From the NCBI RefSeq assembly GCF_028641065.1, contig NW_026576298.1, positions 62,001 to 125,788 on the forward strand: a stretch of DNA of 63,788 bases, written 5' to 3'. The notes under the pieces were generated by a model that saw only the letters and a program-made list of their open reading frames with translations, was not told where the DNA came from and ran no database searches. This DNA comes from Leucoraja erinacea. Its lineage: Eukaryota. This document shows positions 41,265-52,668 of this stretch, in pieces. The translations under genes were made by a program, and so were the position numbers. The first letter of the stretch is position 1. Each line of letters starts with the position of its first letter.

Positions 41265-43620
41265 CTGCAGTTGTACAGGGCCCTAGTGAGACCACACCTG
41301 GAGTATTGTGTGCAGTTTTGGCCTGTTGGCCTTCATAACAAGAGGAGTCGAGTATAGGAGCAAAGAGGTGCTTCTGCAGTTGTACCGAGCCCTAGTGAGA
41401 CCACACCTGGAGTATTGTGTGCAGTTTTGGTCCCCTAATTTGAAGAAGGACATTCTTGCTATTGAGGGAGTGCAGCGTAGGTTTACAAGGTTAACTCCCG
41501 GGATGGCGGAACTTTCATATGCTGGGCTTGTACACTCTGGAGTTTACAAGGATGAGAGGAAATCTCATTGAAACATATAAGATTGTTAAGGGCTTGGACA
41601 TGCTAGAGGCAGGAAACATGTTCCCGATGTTGGGGGAGTCCAGGACCAGGGGCCACAGTTTAACAATAAGGGGTTGGACAGGCAAGATGCAGGAAGATTG
41701 TTCCCGATGTTGGAGAAGTCCGGGACAAGGGGTCACAGCTTAAGGATAGAGGGGAAATCCTTTAGGACTGAGATGAGAAAAACATTTTTCACACAGAGAG
41801 TGGTGAATCTATGGAATTCTCTGCCATAGAAGGTAGTTGAGGCCACAGTTCATTGGCTATATTTAAGAGGGAGATAGATGGGGCCCTTGTGTCTAAAGGG
41901 ATCAGCGGGTATGGAGAGAAGGCAGGTACAGGATACTGAGTTGGATGATCAGCCATGATCATATTGAATGGCGGTGCAGGCTCGAAGGGCCGAATGGCCT
42001 ACTCCTGCACCTATTTTCTATGTTTCTAAGAATAAGGAGTAAACCATTTAGAACGGAGACGAGGAAACACTTTTTCTCACAGAGAGTGGTGAGTTTGTGG
42101 AATTCTCTGCCTCAGAGGGCGGTGGAGGCAGGTTCTCTGGATGCTTTCAAGAGAGAGCTAGATAGGGGATATGGGGAGAAGGCAGGAATGATTGGGGATG
42201 ATCGGCCATGATCACATTGAATGGCGGTGCTGGTGCTGGTGCTGGCTCGAAGGGCCAAATAGCCTACTCCTGCACCTATTACATAGAAACATAGAAATTA
42301 GGTGCAGGAGTAGGCCATTCGGCCCTTCGAGCCTGCACTGCCATTCAATATGATCATGGCTGATCATCCAACTCAGTATCCCGTACCTGCCTTCTCTCCA
42401 TACCCTCTGATCCCCTTAGCCACAAGGGCCACATCTAACTCCCTCTTAAATATAGCCAATGAATTCACCACTCTCTGATCATCCAACTCAGTATCCCACA
42501 CCTGCCTTCTCTCCATACCCCCTGATCCTTTTAGCCACAAGGGCCACATCTAACTCCCTCTTAAATATAGCCAATGAATTCACCACTCTCTGATCATCCA
42601 ACTCAGTATCCCATACCTGCCTTCTCTCCATACCCCCTGATCCCCTTAGCCACAAGGGCCACATCTAACTCCCTCTTAAATATAGCCAATGAACTGTGTG
42701 GCCTCAACTACCTTCTGTGGCAGAGAGTTCCAGAGATTCACCACTCTCTGTGTGAAAAAAAGTTATTCTCAATTGTCTATTGTATTGTATTGTATATCTT
42801 TATTGTCATTTCCTGAGTATTCACATACCCAGAGGAAACAAAAAAACGTTGCTCAACCAGTGTCCATTCAGTGTGCATTAAAAATAAATAGAAATAAAAA
42901 TACATATATCATGAACAAATTGAACACTCTACTAAACATTCAACAGGTGTTCCGATCGGCAGCGGCACGGCAGTGGTTCTGCTGCAGTGTGTCCAGGTTG
43001 GTGGTTGGTGCTCGAGACTTTGGCAGGGGGCAAAGTCCATTTAGCCGTCTTATAGCCTGTGTGTTATGATCCTGTGGTTTTGCAGCTAAATGCTCCTTTA
43101 GGAAACATAGAAATTAGGTGTTGTTTGTCTTTTGAGCCTGCAAAGCCATTCGCGAGTATCATTATCTGCCACTTTCTGATTTGGCCACAAGGGCCACATC
43201 TAACTCCCTCTGTATATGAACTGGCCAAATCTGTGGCAGAAGTTCCAGAGATTGACCACTCTCTGTGTGAAAAAAGTTCTCCTCATCTCGTTCTGGCAGC
43301 GGCCCCTTGGCCTGGACTTCCCCAACATGGGAACAATCTGCTGCATCTAGCCTGTCCAACCCCTTAAGTTTTGTGGTTTCTATAAGATCCCCCTCTCATC
43401 TCCTAATTTCTAGGCAGGGGTCTATCCAGCTTCAAAGACAGTCCATTTCCCAGGAATCAGTCTGGTGATTCTCTGCACTCCCTCTATGGAAATAATGTCC
43501 TTCCTCAGATTTGGAGACCAAAACTGCACGCAATACTCCAGTTGTGGTCTCACCAAGACCCTGTACAACTGCAGTAGAACCTCCCTGCTCCTATACTCAA
43601 ATCCTCTTGCTATGAAAGCC
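41265..43620. mobile_element. cluster of nested CR1 fragments (both strands) with a Rex1-like piece; partly low-quality sequence
   Basis: Multiple CR1 RT translations (41308..41571, 43422..43622), internal tandem duplication at 42360-42690, garbled copy at 43100-43430. Confidence 0.8.
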
Positions 43621-43770
43621 AACTGTACCTCTTCCCAGATGGCAGGATGGAGAAAATGTCATGCGATGGGTGGTAGGGGTCTTTGATGATGGAGATGGCT
43701 CTGCCATGGAGATGGAGATAGTATTGTCTATTGTTTATTGAATTGGTTTTTTTTTTCCCCCCTGATTTAG

Positions 43771-46700
43771 TTCCAAGAACTGGGAACGGCTTTAGCCAAG
43801 ACAGCAGGACACTAGGCGACATCATCTTCGATGTGTACGCCAACAATGCATCCATGCCCTCTCTGCTGGAGCGTATGCTGGCGGAGAGTGGAGTCAAGCC
43901 GGGTGGTGGTGGTGGTGGCGGCCAGCACAAGGTAGGCTTCCAACCGAGCCCCAGCCAGCCGACCGTGAGCCGATTGAACCTGACCCAGCACACGAGGAAG
44001 GGCCGGCCACGCCTGCCGGGCCAGTCGTGGTCCGGGCGCCCCGACACGGCCAAGCCCGCCGGAAGGGAAGACCTCGGCTACGCCGAGAAAGAGCTGCAAC
44101 TCTTCCACCAGATGTTCGAGGAGTACCTCCACTTCAAGGCCCACCGCAAGGGCGAGGGGGTGGCCGCCACCAGGAGGGGGCTGGAGGAGACGTGCGAGAA
44201 GATACTGGGCCGCAAGCACAAGCCGGTCGAGGCGGACTCCACCGTGGTGATCGTGGACGATGGCTACCAGGGGAAGAACGCGACCAAGCCGCCGCTGGTG
44301 GCCTCCAAGGAGGAGGAGGCCTTCTCGTCGTTCGAGACGCTGGTCAAGGCCATGCTCTCGCCCTTCTCCCAGCTGCCCACCACGTCCCCCGGCAACGCCA
44401 ACACCAACACCCGCTTCCCCGACGACGTGACCGTCACCCGCGAGGAGGAGGGCAACTCCACCCCGGTGTTGGAGATCACGCAGACGGCCGGGAGCGGGAC
44501 GGGGACGGGACCACCGACATCGACCTGACCTCCGGCGGGCCAACGGCGCTGGAGTTCTCCCCGGCCAGCGTGGGGCCGACGGGCGGGGATGAGGTGGTGA
44601 CCACCGTGGTGTCCGAGGCCCAGACCGAGCCGCCGGCCGCCTCGGCCTCCACCGGGCTGGACAACAACGACTTCTCCTCCCCCCCCACCTCCACCATCAC
44701 CGTCAAGCTGACGGACGACACCACGGATGTCACCCCCAACGTGAAGGAACACATCTCCACCCTCGGGCACGCCCCGTCCACCGCCTTCACCGAGGCCCAG
44801 TCCCCCACCCCGTCCAACGGGCCCGAGAGTTTCCCCTCCTCCCCCCCTTACTACAACCCCTTCCAGACCTACGGCACACCCACCTGGTCGAAGGAGCCGC
44901 ACCACCACGCCTTCTCCGTCCCCTCACGGTCCCCTCAGCTGCAGGACTTCCCCTTCTCCTCCTCACAGGGGAGTGGACAGTACGACTTCACCGGCCTTTC
45001 CACGGGGCCCCAGCAGTTCGACTTGCCCCCCACCCCTTCCAAAGGGGCTCAACAGTACGACTTTCCAACCCCGTCAATGGGGTCTCATCAATATGGCTTG
45101 CCCACCCCTTCAGCGGGGCTGCATCAGTTTGGCTTGCCGACCCCTTCAGCAGGGCTTCATCAATTTGGCGCCAACACTCCCTTAACTGGACCTCAACAGT
45201 ATGGCGTCACCACCCTTTCAACAGGACCTCAACAGTATGGCGTCACCACTCCTTCAACAGGACCTCAACAGTATGGCGTCACCACTCCTTCAACAGGACC
45301 TCAACAGTATGGCGCCAACACCCTTTCAACAGGACCTCAACAGTATGGCGTCACCACTCCTACAACTGGACCTCAACAGTATGGCGCCACCACTCCTTTC
45401 AACAGGACCTCAACAGTATGGCGTCACCACTCCTACAACTGGACCTCAACAGAATGGCGCCAACAGTCCTTCAACTGGATCTCAACTGTATGACTTTCCC
45501 ACTCCCTCAAGAGAACCTCAACAGTATGACTTTGCCGGTCCCTCAAGAGGACCCCAACAACACGGCCTCCCCAACCTTTCAAGAGGACCCCAACAATATC
45601 TCTCGTCCAGCCCTTCGAACGGACCTGAGGAGCTTGGCTCACCTTCTCCCTTGAAAGGGCCTCAACAACATGGCCTCCCCATGGCGTCGCGAGGACCTAA
45701 AAAGCATGGCTCCCCCTCCCCATCGAAAAGATCTCAGAAGCATGGCTCCCCCACCCCATCGAAGGGACCTCAAAAACAAGGCTCCCCCACCCCATCGATG
45801 GGGCCTCAAAAACGTACCTTCCCCGTCCCGACGAAAGGACCTCAGAAGCGTAGCCCGCCCAGCTCCACGAAAGCGCCTAAAAAGCACGGGCCCCCCAGCT
45901 CTTCCAAAAGCTCCAAGAAGCACGGGACTCAGGGCACGACCGTCCTCCAGCCCGATTACACGGCGACCACCCAGATCTCGTCCGGCAACGAGTCCTCGTT
46001 CCTCCTGACCAACGAGCCGCCCGCGGGCCAGAACCGGCAGGCCCCGAGGAAGAAGGGGAAGAGCAGCCACGGCCGGGCCCTGCTCCGAAACCTGGTCCTC
46101 CCCGCGGAGGACATCGAGAAGCTGTACCTGATCGAGGAGTCCGCGAGGAAGCAGCGGATGTCCACCACCACCACCGAGCCCCGGCGGCTGAAGATCAAGA
46201 TCCGGCACCAGCAGACGACGGAGGAACCGGCGAAGGAGGAGGAAGCCGACGACGAGAAGGAGGTGGAGGAGGCGGTGGAAGCGGAGCAGGCGGCGGCCGC
46301 AGAGGAGGAACCGTCCAGCCAGTCGGACATCCCCGTGCTGGAGAACCTGATGAAGAACCTGAACCAGCAGTTCTCCAAGCGGGTCCCGACCAAGGAGGAC
46401 ATCGTCAACATCCAGGACGCCATCTCGCGGCTGAACGCGGTCCTGTCGCAGTCGCAGTCGGCCCCCGAGAACACCAGCCGCCACGCCGGCCTGTCCCAGG
46501 CCCCCCGGCCCAGCACGTGGAAGGAGAGCGCGGAGCCGCGGACCCCGGCGCCCAGGCTGAGGCTGAGGCCTAAGCAGCAGCTGAGTCCGGAGCTGGAGCT
46601 GGAGCCAGTGCCGGAGCTAATGCTGCCCAGCAAGGCCCCAAACGCCCTGGGAGGGGCCCACTTCCTCCCCCAGGCCATCTTCTACAGCCCGGAGAAGCCC

Positions 46701-49700
46701 GGCAAAAAGGCGGAGCCGCGAGAGGAGCCGCTGGGGGTTACCACCTACAGGAGCCCCCTGAGGGCCGAACGGCCGCTGAGCGAGAGGAAAGGGGCCCGGG
46801 AGGACAAGAAGGCCTCGGGCCCCCGCCAGGAGCTGCACCTGAGCGCGCCCGACGTCTTCCCCAAGATAGACCAGCTGGAGCAGCTGCTGAAGAAGGCCAA
46901 GGTCAGGTTCTCCAAGGGGAGCCCCACCCCCGGCGACATGCTCCACTTGAAGACCGCCATGAACCACTTGGACGCCATCGTGCCGGGCGACAACAACCTG
47001 TCGCGGTCGAAGAGAGCCGCCCACCACCGCCCGCCGTCCGTGCCCGGCTCTTCGGTTTCGCACTTCATCCTCCCGTCCGATGCCCGCGGCCCAAGCCCGG
47101 GCCCCTCCGCCAAACGCCGCACGAAGCCCCTCCACGCCTTCCCGCCCAACGCCCGCGAGCACCACAAGCCTTCGTCCTCCTCCTCCTCCTCCAACGGGAA
47201 GGCCTCGGCCCACCCCGGACCCCGCCACGGGGCCCCCCTCAGCGGAAGGCTCCCCGACAGTGCCCGTCCGGCCCGCAGGGATCCCGCCCCTTCCCCCATC
47301 CCAAGCCCGAAGGGCGCAAAGAGGAAGCGCGCCGGCAAAAAGTCCAACGCTTCCGCCGGAGCGCCATCGCCCGTCTCCCATGGACAACCGTCGCCGTCCA
47401 AAATGGCCCCGCCAGCCGCCGCCCATCCCCGCCGCGAAAACTCCAAGGAGCACATCATCCGACGAGCATCCATGTTCTCCCCGGAGAAAGGCCACGCGCC
47501 GCCCATTTCCAAGAGGTCGCTTCCGAACCGGCCTCCGGGGAAGGTTCTGCCCGAGCGTCGGGCGGCCCAGCGCCCTCGTCTCCCCACGGAGGGGCCCCGT
47601 CCGGTCCCCCTCGCCAACCCGAGGGACCGAGACATTTACCGGCCTTCGAGCCCGGTTGTGTCGGGCAAGGCGGCTGCCCCCCCTCCCCGGAGAGCCCCCC
47701 AGGGGTCTTCAAAGAACGCAGCCCGGCAGGGGCTGTCGGGACCCCAGGGTCTGAGGCTGAAGTTCGCCGCCAGAGGGAACAGGGACTCGTTCCTGGAGAA
47801 GAGGCGGGAGAAGGCCCTCTCGCCGGGCACTCAAGAGTCCAGGTTGCAAGGTATGAATTCTCCAAATGGCCCCCAAAAAGGCAGCGTTGCCAACCCTTCC
47901 CACCGCATCCACGCGCCTTCCCCCGAGAAGACGTGGGATTCGAACCCATCGCGTGGTCTCAACGCGCCTTCCGGTAAGAACGTACGGTCGTCGAAGACTC
48001 TCCCGGGTCCCAATCCGCCGACCCCGGAGAAAGTGTGGTCCTCGAAGGCTTCTTACCGGCACCCCCCGCCTTCCCTGAAGAGTACAAGGCCTACAGCTTC
48101 TCGCAGTTTCGAGTCACCTTCGTTTGAGAGCGCAAAGTCGTTGAGACTGTCCCAGAAGCTCCCTGTAGCGTCCCCCGAGAACAGGCGCTCATCGAGCCCG
48201 ATCCGCAGGCGTGGACCGCCTTCCCCCGATAATGAGCCGCTTCCAAAAGCTTCCCCCAACCTCAACCCGCCTTCCCCGAAGAGGTCAAAGTCTTCAAGGC
48301 CTCCCCTTAGACTTCCACCTTCCCCCGAGGACCGGGAGTCCTCTGAACCTCCCCTTAAGCGCAACCCACGTCTTCCCGGGGACAGGAGAGCTTCGAACCC
48401 TTCCCACAACCTCAAGTTTACACCTCCCGGCAAAAGGCGGCCTACAGTCCATCTTCCGACTTCCCGCGAGAAAGAGCAACTTTCAAACCCGCCTCTCCCC
48501 GAGATCGTCTCCTCGTCCCCTTTGAACAGTTTCAAAAAGTCTTCCCGGGCGAACGGGAGATCTTCAAACCGTCCCCCTATTCTTAAACCAACCAACGCGA
48601 TTCGAATCCCATCCATTGGTCCAAGTCTACCTGTCCTTGAGGACAGGAGGTCTTCAAAGCTGCCCGATAGTCTTCAGAAATCTTCCACTGGGAACAAGAA
48701 GTCCAATAGTTTCAATCCGTCTTCTGCTGAGAGAGAGTCGCCAAATCCTTCCCATTTTTCGACCCCATCTTCCATTGCGATCACAAAGGCTACAAACCCT
48801 TTCGTTCGACTCAAACCGTTATCCGCTGGGCACAGGAGGTCTTCACAGTTACCCCATGGCCGTCGTCCAGTTTTCACTGGGACTAGAAGGTCTACAAATC
48901 CTCCCCACGTTCTCCACGCATCATCCAAGTCTTCAAAGCCATCCCAAGATCCGACACCATCTTCCATAGGGACCATGAAGTCTACAGGCCCTTCCCGTGG
49001 TCTCAGTCCGTCTTCCACCAGGCCAACGCATAGTCCTCCATCTTCCACTGGGAGTCATCAGTCATCGGTTGCGCCCCAAAGTCACAACCCACCTCCACCT
49101 GGGTCCTCAAACCCTTTGAAAGATTCCACTGCAAAAGCCCCCCCGAATACCGAGACTCCGCTACCCTCCGTCATAAGGATGTCGGCCGGCTCCAAGGAGA
49201 AGCCGTTAAAACTGCCCCACGCCACCCATCAGCCTCCCCTTTGGAAAGGGAAGTTCTCGAAACTGTTCTACAACCTCGGGGACTCTGCGTCGGTGAGGAA
49301 GCGATTCCACGGCCCCAACCCGTCGCCGCCGGTCAACGGGCTGGAGGCCACGCGCCGCGCCCTCCGCGAGCCCGGCCCCAAGCGGCAAGACCCGGAGACC
49401 CCTCAGGCCCCGACCCCGGCCCCCGAGCCGGAAGCCGCGATGGCGAAGAGGCCTTCCAATCCTTCGCCCGGCCCGCACCCGGCGAGCACCACCGCCACCG
49501 TCCTGCTGGTGGAACACTCGCCCGCGACCAAGACGCCGCGCGTCCACCACGTCCACGCCTTGAAGACCCCCAGGGACAGAACCTCGTTCTTCGGCCTCAC
49601 CACCTCAACCGCCCCCGTGGTCGAGGTGTTTGTCGAGCCATCGACCACCGCCACCACCACCAAGATTCCGCTACTGGAGACGCCGACCACCACCCCTTCC

Positions 49701-51075
49701 GAAGACATCGAGATCATTCTCCTCCCCACCAGCCCCGCCCCCACCCCCCCACCCCATTGACGTTGTGCCGCCAGCCTCCGTCAACCCGCCTCACCCGGCC
49801 GCGCCCACCAGGAAGCAAGTCCCGCGCCTCCACCGCCATTCCAGCACCACGCTGGCCACGGAAGCGCCGGAAGACCAAGACACCTCGGAGGTCACGTTCG
49901 TGGAGATTCCCGAGACCGTGCCGGAGACGACCGAGGCGACTCTGGTCCCTGACCTTTCGCCGGAGACGGTCAGCCCCGCGCCCAGCGCCGCCGCCGGCGC
50001 GCCGCCGCCACCGCCGGACGAGGAAGAGGGCCCGGTCACACTCCCGACCAAGATCGTCCCGCGAGTCCACCACCACATCCACTCGCTCGTCACCCCGGCC
50101 AGTCGCCTCTCCTTCCTCCGCATCACCACCCCCAAGACCAAGCAAGTCCTTCTCAACTACACCAGGACCTCGACCCTGACCCCGACCGCCACCTCCACCG
50201 CGGAGACCCCCACCGCCGGGACCTTCTCCTCCACCAAGAAACCGTCCAGAAAGAAAAACAAGCACAAGGGCAGCAAAAAGTCTTCGCCCGTGACGGCCAC
50301 TCCGGAGGCCGCGGCCGAATCGAGCACCAAGAAATCGGAGCACCACAAGGCGGCCAGCGGCTCCGCCAAGCAAAAGTCCCACCGCAACAAGTCAACGTCC
50401 AATGTGAAGTCCAAGAAGTCATCCTGGGGCTCCCCCAATCCCTCTCCGGCCCGCAACATGGCCGAGAGGTCTTCGACTCCTTCGTCCAGTGACCCGTCCG
50501 CACGGCAATCTTCGAAAGCCACCGCCCCCTCCGAGCGCAGCGCCCCGTCGAGCGAGGGATCGCCGGCGCCTTCCGTCGCGCCCGCCACACGGCGTCCGCA
50601 GTCCCCTCCCATGAACGAGCTGGTGATCCAGGCGTCTTTCCCCTCGCAGAGCTCGCCCCTGACCAAGCGGCCAGTGCCGCGCCACCACTCCAGCCGCCCG
50701 AGACCCCCCCAGCCGGCCGCCGACCAGCCCAGCCCGACCGCCGCCGCCGCCACCGCCGAGCCCGAAGACGAGGACCTGGAGGAGCTCGAGGAGTTCGACG
50801 ACCCCGCGCCCTCCGACGGCCCCAATCAAGGCTTCCCTCAACTCCTCCAGGACGTGGCAGAACCGTCCCCCATCGGAACCCCGGAGCCCGCCGACGGGGA
50901 GGGCGAGGAGCCCGAGTTCCTCCACCGACGCGCCAGGAGGGTGGGGTCGTTCGGCCGGCCCCCGCCGCCCGACCATCCCGCCGACCCTCGCGGGGAGGCG
51001 CAGCGGTTCACCAGAGCGCGGCGGACCCAGACCCAGTGGGTGGCCAACCAGCCAGGCGTCGAGGGGGCCATCTGA
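43771..51075 (+). CDS. giant terminal exon (~2,430 codons) of an uncharacterised Pro/Ser/Thr/Arg-rich, probably secreted protein; 3 single-nt frameshifts
   Basis: Acceptor tttttcccccctgatttag|. Overlapping ORFs 43731-44528, 44027-45493, 45201-49760 and 49630-51075 chain through shifts at ~44500, ~45398 and ~49750. Strong GC3 bias, no TE insertions over 7.3 kb, TGA at 51073-51075. Confidence 0.8.
44965..45930 (+). repeat. coding 36-nt/12-aa tandem repeat (TGPQQYGVTTPS), ~26 units
   Basis: Unit ACAGGACCTCAACAGTATGGCGTCACCACTCCTTCA; diverges toward both ends. Confidence 0.9.
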
Positions 51076-51211
51076 CATCTGACGAGAGGGGGAGGGGAGG
51101 GACGGCGACAGGAGCGGCACAAAAAACCTACCCTACCCCCTCACACGCACACACACACTCAAAACCCCAAGAGCCGAGAACAGCAGCAAAACAGTACATT
51201 GGAATGGAGGA

Positions 51212-51353
51212 GCGGCCATTTTGTGCAGCCAATTTTGTGCGGCCATTTTAAGCAGCCATTTTGTGCGGCCATTTTAAGCAGCCATTTTGTGCGGCCATTT
51301 TAAGCAGCCATTTTGTGCGGCCATTTTAAGCAGCCATTTTGTGCGGCCATTTT
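51212..51353. repeat. 13/26-bp minisatellite built of YY1-like GC(G/A)GCCATTTT motifs
   Basis: Ten GCCATTTT sites plus one variant at 13-bp period, ~140 nt after the stop codon. Confidence 0.85.
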
Positions 51354-51737
51354 GAGCGGCATCAGAGTCCATTCTGGACTAGTCTCCTGGAGAATTATTC
51401 TACGACCACCTCCAGCGAGCTTGAAAACATTTTTTTTTTTTCAAAAGACAAGTGTTTCGCAAGTTGTCCAGACTCTCCCCCCCCACTCCTCTCCGGATAC
51501 AGCGGATTTATATATGTGCAATAACTTGCTTTTTAACTGTTTTACAAAAACGGGAAAAATATATATAATGGTAACCATGCTTTGTCTTTCTGAGTTTTAA
51601 ACCTGGTGCATCCCATTACAGTATAAGATATACAACACCACAACGTGTCTCTCCATTTAATGGTAATTTATTAGTCATCGAGGTACAGTTCTGTGCAATA
51701 GTATCACTTAGATAAGCAGCTCAGATACAGTACAATA

Positions 51738-52668
51738 TAGAAACATAGAAATTAGGTGCAGGAGTGGGCCATTCGGCCCTTTGAGCCTACACCGCCATTC
51801 AATATGATCATGGCTGATCATCCAACTCAGTATCCCATCCCTGCCTTCTCTTCATACCCCCTTATCCCTTTAGCCACAAGGGCCACATCTAACTCCCTCT
51901 TAAATATAGCCAATGAACTGGCCTCAACTACCCTCTGTGGCAGAGAGTTCCAGAGATTCACCACTCTCTGTGTGAAAAAAGTTCTTCCCATCTCGGTTTT
52001 AAAGGATTTCCCCCTTATCCTTAAGCTGTGACCCCTTGTCCTGGACTTCCCCAACATCGGGAACAATCTTGCCACAAGGGCCACATCTAACTCCCTCTTA
52101 AATATAGCCAATGAACTGTGTGGCCTCAACTACCTTCTGTGGCAGAGAATTCCACAGATTCACCACTCTCGGTGTGAACAATATCGGTCCTAATAGATTT
52201 CCCCCTTATCCTTAAACTGTGACCCCTTGTTCTGGACTTCCCCAACATCGGGAACAATCTTCCTGCATCTAGCTTGTCCAACCCCTTAAGAATTTTGTAC
52301 GTTTCTATAAGATCCCCCCTCAATCTTCTAAATTCCAGCGAGTACAAGCCGAGTCTATCCAGTCTTTCTTCATATGGAAGTCCTGCCATCCCAGGAATCA
52401 GTCTGGTGAACCTTCTCTGTACTCCCTCTATGGCAAGAATGTCGTTCCTCAGATTAGGAGACCAAAACTGTACCCAATACTCCAGGTGTGGTCCCACCAA
52501 GACCCTGTACAACTGCAGTAGAACCTCCCTGCTCCTATACTCGAATCCTTTAGCTATGAATGCTAACATACCATTCGCTTTCTTCACTGCCTGCAGCACC
52601 TGCATGCCTACTTTCAATGACTGGTGTACCATGACACCCAGGTCTCGTTGCATCTCCCCTTTTCCTAC
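51738..52668 (-). mobile_element. CR1 LINE 3' fragments
   Basis: ORF 52126..52671(-): QRDLGVMVHQSLKV...KKANGMLAFI... Confidence 0.92.

Noticed and set aside
43812-51122. Many long antisense and alternate-frame ORFs over the giant exon
   Set aside because: Shadows of GC-rich coding sequence with few stop codons; no independent splice or start signals.
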